This document shows positions 18,119 to 26,930 of a stretch of 32,000 nucleotides of DNA, piece by piece. The notes beneath the pieces are model-generated. The model had not been told where the DNA came from and made no database searches. It worked only from the letters and a program-made list of their open reading frames with translations. Each line of letters opens with the position of its first letter. The stretch's first letter is position 1. Both the position numbers and the translations under genes were made by a program. Location: NCBI RefSeq assembly GCF_000284115.1, contig NC_017080.1, forward strand, positions 810,001 to 842,000. Direction: 5' to 3'. This DNA is from Phycisphaera mikurensis NBRC 102666. Lineage in GTDB: Bacteria; Planctomycetota; Phycisphaerae; Phycisphaerales; Phycisphaeraceae.

Positions 18119-18298
18119 CGGAGCGGCCCGGTTGCCGCAGGCGACGCGGTGCTGGCTTCGTCTCTTCGTCTCTCACCCCATGCAGCGGCGAGCCGCGACG
18201 GCTCCGTTCGCGCTCCATGCAGCCTCCTCGCACGCGCGTCGACCGCACGTCGCTTCGTTTCTTCCGACATCCGTCGGTCCGCGCCGCGGACCGTTCCT

Positions 18299-18961
18299 TC
18301 AGCTCCTCGCCGCGTAGACGGCGGCGATGAGGGCTTCGACGTCCGCGGGGGCGTCGTCCGCGGACAGGAGGCGTTCGATGCTCTGGAGGGCTTCGGTCCG
18401 CGGCTCGCCGAGCTGGGTGAGGACCTCCAGGGCGTCGCGGGCGAGGGTGCCGCCGGATGGGGAGGTGGCGACGGCGTCGGGCTCCAACGCGTCCCGGATC
18501 GGCTTGCTCGGCGTGGCGGCGCCGCCGATCCACGGATCGACCTTGCCCTTGAGCGTGACGACGATGGTCTCCGCGAGGCGCTTGCCGACCTCGGGCATCG
18601 TCTGGATCAGCTTCAGGTCGCGGTCGGCGATGGCGGCGGCGAGGGTGGACGGGGCGAAGACCATCGCGCGGAGGGCGCGGCGGTGGCCGATGCCCTTCAC
18701 GGTCACGAACAGCTCGAAGAAGGCCTTGTCCTCGCGCGTCGCGAAGCCGGCGATCCGCGGGAAGAGCGTCGTCCCCTGGCTGCTGCCCTCCAGGAAGTGC
18801 AGCGTGTGCAGCGTCAGCGCTTGGCCCTCTCTGGGCACCAGCCGCGTCGTCACGAAGGCCGGCAGCAGCACCTCGTACGTCAGCCCGTGGCCGGGATCCA
18901 CCAGGCCCAGGTTTCCGCGCGGGTCGACGTCGACGAGGGTGCCGGAGAGGCGGGCGAGCAT
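18299..18961 (-). CDS. ruvA: Holliday junction branch migration protein RuvA
   Basis: MLARLSGTLVDVDPRG...YEVLLPAF...AFFELFVTVKGIGHRRALRAM...LIQTMPEVGKRLAETIVVTLKGKV; C-terminal domain III-like segment DALEVLTQLGEPRTEALQSI. Confidence 0.9.
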   Translation of the reverse strand: MLARLSGTLVDVDPRGNLGLVDPGHGLTYEVLLPAFVTTRLVPREGQALTLHTLHFLEGSSQGTTLFPRIAGFATREDKAFFELFVTVKGIGHRRALRAMVFAPSTLAAAIADRDLKLIQTMPEVGKRLAETIVVTLKGKVDPWIGGAATPSKPIRDALEPDAVATSPSGGTLARDALEVLTQLGEPRTEALQSIERLLSADDAPADVEALIAAVYAARS

Positions 18962-19145
18962 CTCGCGAGGCTACGCCTTGCTAGCGCTGCGCGAGTCGAG
19001 TCATGGCGTGTGTCGGTCTCCGCGGAGGCGTGGTCCCCGCTGCGCGGGAGACTGCTCCGGCTCCGACGGGCTGCAGCGCCGGGACGGTGGCGGCGTGGGC
19101 GTGCCGCCGGTGTTCCTCGATCCGCCGAACCTCTAGCTTGGCCCG

Positions 19146-20336
19146 ATGCCCCACGCGACCGACCTCAAGTACGGAACCAACCCGAACCAGACGCCGGCTC
19201 GGCTGGTCCAGCCGGACGGGCAGCCGCTCGGGATCGTCAACGGCTCGCCGTCCATGATCAACCTGCTCGACGGGCTGCGTGGCTGGCAGCTGGTGCGGGA
19301 GCTGAAGGCGGCGACGGGCCGCGCGGCGGCGGCGAGCTTCAAGCACGTCTCGCCGGCGGGCGTGGCGGTGGACGCGGGCGAGCTGGACGCGGGGTTCAAA
19401 GCCGGCTTCTTCTACGACGACCCCGCGGGCGGCTGGTCCCCCATCGCCCGGGCGTACGCGATGGCCCGGTCCTCGGATCGCGTCGCCAGCTTCGGCGACT
19501 TCATCGCGGTGAGCGAGCCGGTCGACGCGGCGCTCGCCGCCGTCATCAAGCCCGAGGTCAGCGATGGCATCATCGCGCCCGGCTACGAGCCGGAGGCGCA
19601 GGCGGTCCTGGCCGCCAAGAAGGGCGGGCGGTACGTGATGCTGCGGATGGACGCGGCCTACGAGCCGCCGGCGAGCGAGTCGCGGACCGAGTTCGGGATC
19701 ACGCTGGAGCAGGCGCGCAACGGCGTCCGGATCGCGGCGGACACGTTCGCGACGGTGCCGACGCAGCGGGGCGCGCTGACCGACGCCGAGCGGCAGGCCC
19801 TGCTGGTCGCGACGATCACGCTCAAGCACACGCAGAGCAACTCGATCGCGCTCGCCAGCGGCGGCCAAGCCATCGGCATCGGGGCCGGCCAGCAGAGCCG
19901 CATCGCCTGCACCCGCATCGCCTGCGACAAGGCGGACCGCTGGATGCTCAAGACGCACCCCAAGACGCTGGGCCTCCGCTTCGCCGAGGGGATGGCCAGG
20001 AGCGAGAAGGTCAACGCCGCGGACGGCTTCGTCCGGTGGCACGGGCTCAGCGCGGCCGAGCGGGCCGGGCTGCGGGGGGCGCTGGCGGAAGGCTTCGAGC
20101 CCATCACCGACGACGAGCGGGCGGCGCACCTCGCGGAGCTGGGCCGCGAACACGGGATCGTGCTCTCCTCCGACGCCTTCATCCCGTTCCGCGACAATCT
20201 CGATCGGGCCGCGGCGTCCGGCGTCACGGCCGTCGCCCAGGCCGGCGGCTCGGCTCGCGACGCCGACGTCGTCGCCGCCGCGAACGAGCACCAGATGGCG
20301 ATGGCGATGACGGGGATCCGCCTGTTTCTGCACTGA
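19146..20336 (+). CDS. stand-alone phosphoribosylaminoimidazolecarboxamide (AICAR) formyltransferase, PurH C-terminal domain only
   Basis: LKYGTNPNQTPARL, ASFKHVSPAGVAV, SDRVASFGDFIAVSEPVD, KHTQSNSIALASGGQAIGIGAGQQSRI, SSDAFIPFRDNLDRAAASGV. The N-terminal IMP cyclohydrolase domain is absent. Confidence 0.9.
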   Translation: MPHATDLKYGTNPNQTPARLVQPDGQPLGIVNGSPSMINLLDGLRGWQLVRELKAATGRAAAASFKHVSPAGVAVDAGELDAGFKAGFFYDDPAGGWSPIARAYAMARSSDRVASFGDFIAVSEPVDAALAAVIKPEVSDGIIAPGYEPEAQAVLAAKKGGRYVMLRMDAAYEPPASESRTEFGITLEQARNGVRIAADTFATVPTQRGALTDAERQALLVATITLKHTQSNSIALASGGQAIGIGAGQQSRIACTRIACDKADRWMLKTHPKTLGLRFAEGMARSEKVNAADGFVRWHGLSAAERAGLRGALAEGFEPITDDERAAHLAELGREHGIVLSSDAFIPFRDNLDRAAASGVTAVAQAGGSARDADVVAAANEHQMAMAMTGIRLFLH

Positions 20337-20446
20337 TCCGCCTCCCGCTGCTCGGACGCACCCGGCGGCTTTCTTCCGCACCCGCTGGGTGCCACGCCCT
20401 CCGGGGCTCACCCTCCGGCACATCTTCCGAGATCGGTCGATGCCCG

Positions 20447-20551
20447 GGTGCCACGCCGCTTGCGGGTGAGGGGTCCGCGGGACACGCGGCGAATCGGTGC
20501 CTCCGCTGGCGTCGCCTCCGGCGACCGCCACCCCGCAAGCGGCGTGGCACC
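20447..20551. repeat. perfect 20-bp inverted repeat between convergent genes
   Basis: ggtgccacgccgcttgcggg (20447-20466) / cccgcaagcggcgtggcacc (20532-20551); inner hairpin gtcgcc-tcc-ggcgac (20511-20525). A direct copy of gggtgccacgcc lies at 20387-20398. Confidence 0.85.
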
Positions 20552-20639
20552 GGCGGTGGCGAGCATCCGCACCTCCCAAGCGGATGCGCGGCTTCTTTGG
20601 GCGATGCGGCCGGAACGCCGGTTGCGACGGGCTGCGCCT

Positions 20640-21575
20640 CTAGATGCTCATCGCCAGCGTGAGCGGGACGACGGAGAAGACGGTCGTCGCGGCGATGGCG
20701 GCGGCGGCGAGCTCCTCGTCGCCGCCGAGCTGCGTCGTCAGCACGTAGCTCGCGACCGCCGTGGGGGCGGAAGCGAAGATGGCGACGCTCCGCAGGTCGT
20801 CGCCGCGGAGGCCCAGCGCGACGCCGGCGCCCACGGCGAAGGCGGGGATCGCGACGCTCTTGAAGGCGATGGCGAGCGCGGCGTGGCGGAGCCGGGTGCG
20901 GACGGGGAAGGCGGTGATGGCGGCGCCCAGGCACAGGAGCGCGAGCGGGCCGGCGGGCTGGCCGAGCAGGGCGACGCTGCGGGCGGCGGGACCGGGCAGG
21001 GCGGGCATCGCGGCGAGCGCGAGGCCGCCGACGCAGGCGAGCAGGATCGGGTTGGTGGCGAGCGGCCGTGCGACCCGCCGCGCCGCGGCGGCGGGCCCGC
21101 CCGAGCGATCGACGCCGATCAGCAGCGGCACGCTGACGACGTTGTAGAGCACGACCATCGGGCCGAGCACCAGCGCTGCGCGGGCGGCCGGCCCGGGGTC
21201 GCCGCCCGCCGCCAGCGCGACCACCGGGAGGCCGACGAAGGCGAGGTTTCCGCGGATGCCGGCTTGCGCCAGCGTCCCCCGCGAGCGTTCGGGCACGCCC
21301 GCGACCCGGCTGAGCAGCAGCACCAGCCCCGCCACGGCGAGGGTGGCGGAGCCGAGCGCGGCTCCCATGCGTGCAACGTCGCCGCCGATCCCGACCAGCG
21401 AGGCCGACGAAAGCTTGTCGACGAGCAAGGCGGGCAGCAGCACGAAGTAGACAAGCTTCTCCACCCCGCGCCGGACCTCCGGCGGCAGCAGCCCGAGCCG
21501 CGCCAGCCCCGCGCCCGTGGCGACCACGATCACCACCGGGAGCAGCGGCCCGACCGCCGCCCCGAGCCCGCTCAC
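20640..21575 (-). CDS. AEC (auxin efflux carrier) family transporter
   Basis: PLLPVVIVVATGAGLARLGLLPPEVRRGVEKLVYFVLLPALLVDKLSS...; ten-helix hydrophobic pattern. GTG start overlaps the upstream TGA (GTGA). The track ORF is much longer and overcalled. Confidence 0.85.
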   Translation of the reverse strand: MSGLGAAVGPLLPVVIVVATGAGLARLGLLPPEVRRGVEKLVYFVLLPALLVDKLSSASLVGIGGDVARMGAALGSATLAVAGLVLLLSRVAGVPERSRGTLAQAGIRGNLAFVGLPVVALAAGGDPGPAARAALVLGPMVVLYNVVSVPLLIGVDRSGGPAAAARRVARPLATNPILLACVGGLALAAMPALPGPAARSVALLGQPAGPLALLCLGAAITAFPVRTRLRHAALAIAFKSVAIPAFAVGAGVALGLRGDDLRSVAIFASAPTAVASYVLTTQLGGDEELAAAAIAATTVFSVVPLTLAMSI

Positions 21576-22429
21576 CACGCCCCCGCGAGCATGCGGTGGA
21601 TGGCCTCCGCCACGCCGTGCTCGGTGTGCCTCGCCGTCTGCCGATCGGCGGCCGCCACCGCCGCGGGCACCGCGTTGCCCATGGCGACGGAGAGGCCGGC
21701 CGCCCGCAGCGCCGGCAGGTCGTTGATCTGATCGCCCACGAAGGCGATCTCCGCGTCGTCGATGCCGTGAGCGTCCGCGATCATCCGGATGCCGGTCCAC
21801 TTCGAGACGCCGGCGGGGAAGACCTCGAGGATCTCGACCGGGTCGCTCTCGCCCTCCCGCTCGACGCCGGGGAAGCTGTGGGCGGTGATCCGGTCGCCGA
21901 AGGCCTCCGCCAGGCCCGCCAGCCGCTCGCGGAGGCGCCCGCGGGTGCTGACCACGCCGACGCGGACGCACTCGCCCAGGTCGGCGGCGCCGGGGTGGCG
22001 GAGGTGCCGCAGCCGCGACGCGGTGTGATCGAACCACCACGCGGTGTTGGCGGTCAGCTCGCCGTCGCCGGTCACCAGGAAGTCGTGGCCGACGGCGTGG
22101 CGGACCTGGAACGCGAGCACCGCCTCGGGCAGGTCGCGGAGGTGCTCGATCAGCTCGCCGGCGAGCCGCGGCGTCAGCGCTTTCTGGTGCACGACCCCGC
22201 CGTCGGTGAGCCGCTGCACGAGGCAGCCGGTGACGAAGACGCCCAGGTCCAGCCCCGCCACGTGCCGCAGCGGCCCCGCCGACTCGTGCCACGCCCGGCC
22301 CGTGCAGGGCACGACGATGCAGCCCGCGGCTTGCGCCGCGGCGATCGCCTCCCGCTCCTCGGCCGCGACCGAGTGGTCGGGCTGGAGCAGGGTGCCGTCG
22401 AGGTCGAGGCCGAGGAGCCGGTAGCGCAA
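21572..22429 (-). CDS. HAD-superfamily hydrolase, Cof-like
   Basis: LRYRLLGLDLDGTLLQPDHSVAAEEREAI, VVPCTGRAW, IAFVGDQINDLPALRAAGLSVAMGNA. The start is uncertain; a TTG at 22429 is proposed and the open frame continues to 22684. Confidence 0.88.
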   Translation of the reverse strand: MRYRLLGLDLDGTLLQPDHSVAAEEREAIAAAQAAGCIVVPCTGRAWHESAGPLRHVAGLDLGVFVTGCLVQRLTDGGVVHQKALTPRLAGELIEHLRDLPEAVLAFQVRHAVGHDFLVTGDGELTANTAWWFDHTASRLRHLRHPGAADLGECVRVGVVSTRGRLRERLAGLAEAFGDRITAHSFPGVEREGESDPVEILEVFPAGVSKWTGIRMIADAHGIDDAEIAFVGDQINDLPALRAAGLSVAMGNAVPAAVAAADRQTARHTEHGVAEAIHRMLAGAW

Positions 22430-22732
22430 GGCGGGGAAGGTACCGGCGGCGGAGCCGGCGGGGCGCCGTTCGGACGAGACGGGAGCGACGCCGCGCTTCG
22501 GTGGCGTGCGGAGGGGCTGCACCGCCCGCGGAGGGGAGCGCCGGCGGGTGCGGCTGCGACGGGCATCCGGGGGCGCGCGAGGTCCGCAGCGCGTCGCCCG
22601 CGGCGACCGTTGCGCTCCGGCGGATTCCCCGATGTCGCCCTGTTCCCCTCCTCCCGCCCCGGACCGCCGGGCGCGACGCGGCAAACGAGCCAGCTCCGAG
22701 CGGCTGCACTCGCTCCCGATCCGCCCGCCGCC

Positions 22733-23848
22733 TCATCCGCGCCAGGCGGCGGCGTAGCCCAACGCAAGCTCCGCCGTCGCCAGCGAAAGGTTCACGCTCC
22801 CGTCGAGCCGCTCCTGGTACCGGTCGATCGCCTCGATCGCCCGCAGCGGGGCGGCCACCCTTCGCTCGTTGGCGATCGGGTCGTCGGCGGGGCAGCCGCG
22901 GGCGGCGGCGGCGAGCGCGTCGCGGGCTTCGCGGGCGAGCAGGTGCGCGAGCAGGGCGGCGGCGCGGCGGTTGGCGGCTTCCTTGCTGCCCTGCGGGTTC
23001 TCCTTCACCCACGACTCCGCGAAGCCCTTGATTGCGTCGTTCGCCGCGTCGGCGAGGTCCGGCACGGCCCGCCCGGCGGCCGCGGCGGCGAGCAGCGGGC
23101 CCAGCGTCTCGGCCCAGCCGGTCAAGCCGCGGTCCAGCGCCAGCCCGGCCCGGCCGATGCTCCCGTCGGCGAAGCGGGTCACCCAGCCGCGGGTGGGTGC
23201 GTCCAGGTCCCCCGCGTGGTCCCGCACCCACGCCTCCACCACCGCCTCGGGCAGCGGGTGGAATCCCACCCGCTGGCAGCGGCTGCGCACGGTCGGCAGC
23301 AGCCGGTCCGCGCTGGAGGTGACGAGAATCAGGAAGGTCTCCGGTGGCGGCTCCTCCAGCGTCTTGAGCAGCACGTTCTGGCCGGCGGGGTTGAGCAGCT
23401 CCGCCTCGTCGAGCACGAAGACCTTCCGGGGGCCCATCTGCGGGCTGCGGTGAGCGGGCTCGATGAGATGCTCCCGCAGCACCTCCACGGGGATGCTCGT
23501 GAGCTTGCGGTTCCGGGTGGAGGCGTCGTCGGAGAAGCGGGACAGCTCCTTGGTCACGACGTGCAGGTCGGGGTGCCGCTCGCCGGCGTCCTCGGGCTCG
23601 CCGGCGAGCCGGCGGCAGCTGCCGCAGACGCCGCAGGCGGAGGCGGGGGTCGGCGGGTCGAGGCACAGCAGGACCCAGGCGAGCCCGATCGCCGAGCGGA
23701 ACTTCCCGACGCCGGCCGGCCCCTCGAAGATCAGGCCGTGGTGCGGCCGTCCGGAGGCGAGCATCGACGCGAGCTGGGCCGCGGCCGCGGGCTGCCCCAG
23801 GGTCGCCGGCGCGGCGGTGGCGTTCTCGGCGGCGGGGTCCGGGGGCAC
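22733..23848 (-). CDS. holB: DNA polymerase III delta' / clamp-loader AAA+ subunit-like
   Basis: GRPHHGLIFEGPAGVGKFRSAIGLAWVLLC, CGVCGSCRRLAGEPEDAGERHPDL, KVFVLDEAELLNPAGQNVLLKTLEEPPPETFLILVTSSADRLLPTVRSRCQRVGF. Confidence 0.88.
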   Translation of the reverse strand: MPPDPAAENATAAPATLGQPAAAAQLASMLASGRPHHGLIFEGPAGVGKFRSAIGLAWVLLCLDPPTPASACGVCGSCRRLAGEPEDAGERHPDLHVVTKELSRFSDDASTRNRKLTSIPVEVLREHLIEPAHRSPQMGPRKVFVLDEAELLNPAGQNVLLKTLEEPPPETFLILVTSSADRLLPTVRSRCQRVGFHPLPEAVVEAWVRDHAGDLDAPTRGWVTRFADGSIGRAGLALDRGLTGWAETLGPLLAAAAAGRAVPDLADAANDAIKGFAESWVKENPQGSKEAANRRAAALLAHLLAREARDALAAAARGCPADDPIANERRVAAPLRAIEAIDRYQERLDGSVNLSLATAELALGYAAAWRG

Positions 23849-23964
23849 GCGAGGACGGTAGATCCATCGGCGGCGGCCGCGGCGGGTCCCGCCCGGCGGC
23901 GTTGCAGCGTGGCCCCGCCGCCGGCCGATAACCCGCCCGCGGGTCCTCCGGTTCCCGCTGCGCC

Positions 23965-26529
23965 ATGGCCGATCCCGACCCCCAGCCCGACGCCGCCGCG
24001 GCCGGCGTCGCCGCGCCCGCCGTCGACTCGCCGCCGTGGTCCCAGCTCTGGCAGGTGCCGGCGCTGCTGCTGGGCCTGGGCCTCTTCGCCATGGGCCTCT
24101 GGGCGGTCCGCCCCGAGAGCGTTCCGAACGACATCGACGCGGTGCTCGACGACGCCGACCGGCTGATCCTCTCCGCCGGCGTGGAGGACCTCGACGAGGC
24201 GGCCGAGCAACTCGCCCGCGCCTCGGCGGCGTTCACCCCCGGCGGCACCACGGATGAGCAACGCGGCCGGTACTGGCAGTACAGCGGCGACCTCGTGTAC
24301 CTGCAGGAGGCCCGCGGCGGCGACGAGGCGGACACCGGCGGAGCGAACCACGCGCTCATCCTCGCCGACTACGAGCGAGCCGAGGAGAAGGGCCGCCGGC
24401 TCGACCTCCGCAGCCTGCGGTGGCGGGCGTTGACGCTCGTCGACCTGGGCCGCAGCGACGACGCCCTGGCCGCGGTCGACGCCTTCGGCCCCGAGGCCGG
24501 CCGGCAGCGGCTGGAGGTGCTCCGGGAGCTGGTGCGTCGGCGGGAGGACGCCGCGGGCTCCGCGGCCGAGGCCGCGGGCGATCCCGTGCTCGGCACGCTG
24601 CTCACCCGCTACCGCGAGGAGGTCGCGGGCCTTCGAGACCCCGCGGACCGCCGGGCCGAGCAGCGCTGGCTGGCGGCCACGCGTGCCCGGCGGCTGCTCG
24701 CGGCCGGCGCCTTCGCGCCCGCGGTGGACTACCTCAGCCGCGAGGTGATGCAGCTGCGGTCCGCCGCCGGCGGGGGTTCGGGAGGCGAGCCGGAGCTGAC
24801 CCTGCTGCTCGCCGACGCGTACCGCGGGCTCGGCAACCCGACGCAGGCGCAGAGGCTGTACCTGGAGGCGCAGCGCCGCCTCGACGCCGCCGATCCGCTC
24901 TCCGGCGACACCCTGCTCGGCCTCGCCGCCCTCGCCGAAGCCGAGGCGGCGGACGCCCGGGAGCGCGGCGCGGAGGCCGACGCGGGCGCACTGGCCAGGG
25001 CCGCCGGGCTGTACGCCCAGGTGGACGCCGCTTTCCCGGAGGGGCCCCGCTCGCTCGCCGCCCGCCTGGGCGCCGCCCGGGTGTCGGCGTGGCGGGATCC
25101 GCCCACGGAGTCGCTGAACGCCTGGCGCGACGCGGTGCGGACGCTCGTCGACGGGACCTCGCCCACCGACCCGCGGCGTGACGCCGCGGCCGACGAGCTG
25201 GCCGCGGCGACCGACCGTGCGCTGGAGGCGGGACGCTTCGACGACGCCCTCGACCTGCTCGAGGCCACCGCGCCGCTGTTCGGCCGCGGCGTGCCCGCGG
25301 CGTTGCTCCTCCGCCAGGCCGAAACGCGGGAGCGGCTGGCCGAGCGGAGGATGGCCGAGGGGGAGGCCGCCGCCGGCGCGGCCCGCGCCCAGGCCTTCCG
25401 CGACGCCGCGGCGGGCTTCGCCGCCGCCGCCACGGCCTTCCGCGAGCACTCCAGCCGCCTCGGAACGATCGACCCCGAGGCCGCTTCGATCTCGCTGTGG
25501 CGTGCCGCCCGCGGCTTCGACCGGGCCGAGCGATGGACCGAGGCCATCGCGTCGTACGACGCCTACCTCCGCAACGCCCCCGACGGCACCACGCGGATGG
25601 AGGCCCGCCACCACCTCGGCCTCGCCCACCTCGCCAGCGGCGAGGCCGAGGCCGCCATCGACGCCCTCGGAAAGCTCATCGACGAGCACCCGACCAGCCG
25701 CTGGTCCTTCGCGTCGCTCGTGCCGCTCGCCCAAGCCGAGCTCGCCGCCGGGCGGCAGGAGGCGGCGCTGACCACGCTCCGCCGCACGCTGGAGGACAAC
25801 CCCGCCATCACGCCGGAGTCGCCGGTGTACCGGGACGCGCTGATCACCCTCGGCCGCACGCTGTACCTGCGGGCCCGCGAGGACCCGCGGCTCTACCCCG
25901 ACGCCATCGCCCGCCTCGAGGAGGCCGAGCAGCGCTTCGGCGAGGAAGAGCGGGGCGTGGAGGTCCGCTACCTCCTGGCCGACGCGCTCCGCCGCTCCAT
26001 CGCCTCGCTCGACCGCGAGGCCGTCGGCACGCCCCCGGGCGAGGCCGAGGCCCAGCGGCCCGCCGCCGAGCGTCTGGCCGTCGCCGCCGAGCGGGCGCGA
26101 CGCCTCCGCCGGGCCGGCCGCCTCTTCGCCACCGTGCGGCACACGCTCGAGGCCCGCGCGGAGGAGACGCTGACCCCGCTTCTGCGCCTCTGCCGCCGCA
26201 ACGCCTGGTTCTACGAAGCCGACTGCGCCTACCTCGCCGGCGACTACGCGGCGGCCGTCCCGCTGTACCGCGAGGCCGCCGAGCGCTGGAGCGGCGACCC
26301 CGCCGCGCTCGTCGCCCAGGTCCAGATCGTCAACGCCCACTGCGAGCTCGGCGAGTTCGCCGCCGCCGGCGTCGCCAACCGGCGCGCCCTGCTCCTGCTG
26401 GGCCGTCTCGACGACGCCGCCTTCGACAGCCCCGACCTGCCCATGGACCGGCGGCACTGGCAGGACTGGCTGCGCTGGAGCAGCGAGCTGGACCGCTTCG
26501 CCTCCGCGACCGCCGCGGTGGAGCCCTAG
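23965..26529 (+). CDS. membrane-anchored TPR repeat protein
   Basis: 854 aa; N-terminal TM helix (VPALLLGLGLFAMGLWAV) followed by many TPR-like units, e.g. EAIASYDAYLRNAPDGTTRMEARHHLGLAHLASGEAEAAIDALGKLIDEHP. Confidence 0.82.
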   Translation: MADPDPQPDAAAAGVAAPAVDSPPWSQLWQVPALLLGLGLFAMGLWAVRPESVPNDIDAVLDDADRLILSAGVEDLDEAAEQLARASAAFTPGGTTDEQRGRYWQYSGDLVYLQEARGGDEADTGGANHALILADYERAEEKGRRLDLRSLRWRALTLVDLGRSDDALAAVDAFGPEAGRQRLEVLRELVRRREDAAGSAAEAAGDPVLGTLLTRYREEVAGLRDPADRRAEQRWLAATRARRLLAAGAFAPAVDYLSREVMQLRSAAGGGSGGEPELTLLLADAYRGLGNPTQAQRLYLEAQRRLDAADPLSGDTLLGLAALAEAEAADARERGAEADAGALARAAGLYAQVDAAFPEGPRSLAARLGAARVSAWRDPPTESLNAWRDAVRTLVDGTSPTDPRRDAAADELAAATDRALEAGRFDDALDLLEATAPLFGRGVPAALLLRQAETRERLAERRMAEGEAAAGAARAQAFRDAAAGFAAAATAFREHSSRLGTIDPEAASISLWRAARGFDRAERWTEAIASYDAYLRNAPDGTTRMEARHHLGLAHLASGEAEAAIDALGKLIDEHPTSRWSFASLVPLAQAELAAGRQEAALTTLRRTLEDNPAITPESPVYRDALITLGRTLYLRAREDPRLYPDAIARLEEAEQRFGEEERGVEVRYLLADALRRSIASLDREAVGTPPGEAEAQRPAAERLAVAAERARRLRRAGRLFATVRHTLEARAEETLTPLLRLCRRNAWFYEADCAYLAGDYAAAVPLYREAAERWSGDPAALVAQVQIVNAHCELGEFAAAGVANRRALLLLGRLDDAAFDSPDLPMDRRHWQDWLRWSSELDRFASATAAVEP

Positions 26530-26692
26530 CAGGCCGCTGCAGAACCCCATCGGGGCTGCGAGCGGGCAGAATCGCGTCTCGCTTCGTCGAGCGTAACCCA
26601 CGTAGTAGACGGCTACGCGGGTCCCGCTCTCCTCGCGAGACACGATTCTGCCGCGCTCTCGCCTGACGCGAGGTTCTGCAGCGGCCTGCTAG
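26526..26692. repeat. 167-bp full-length imperfect palindrome (MITE-like) with 21-bp perfect terminal inverted repeats CTAGCAGGCCGCTGCAGAACC
   Basis: Arms 26526-26546 and 26672-26692 are perfect reverse complements. Inner segments cagaatcgCgtctcgc / gcgagacAcgattctg and acccacgtag / ctacgcgggt continue the pairing toward the centre. Confidence 0.85.
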
Positions 26693-26696
26693 CGCA

Positions 26697-26842
26697 CCGC
26701 AAGCTATTTTCCGATCGCCTCTGCGGGCGAGTTGTGCCCCTCGCTTCGTCGGCTGCATCGCCCTGCAGGGGCAGGGCTGCTTCGCCTCCTCACGAGGAAC
26801 ACGACGCGCGGACGCAGGCCGATCGGAAAATTGCGCACGATG
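26697..26842. repeat. second adjacent long imperfect palindrome (MITE-like)
   Basis: attttccgatcg (26706-26717) pairs perfectly with cgatcggaaaat (26820-26831); flanks gcaa/ttgc and the centre gccctgcaggggcagggc also pair. Confidence 0.75.
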
Positions 26843-26930
26843 CTCTAACGCACCGCTCCAACGCACGATGCGCTGGCCGGCCGCTGCACGACCCCTCGGG
26901 GCGGCGAGCGGGTGAAGCCGCTTCGCCGGG

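Noticed and set aside
20640-24359. 1239-aa minus-strand ORF
   Set aside because: Only the last ~312 codons (the AEC transporter) show protein-like hydrophobic structure; the rest overlaps the HAD and delta' genes in another frame.
23731-26643. 970-aa minus-strand ORF opposite the TPR gene
   Set aside because: Mirror ORF in a GC-rich genome; the plus-strand frame has clear TPR periodicity and a TM anchor.
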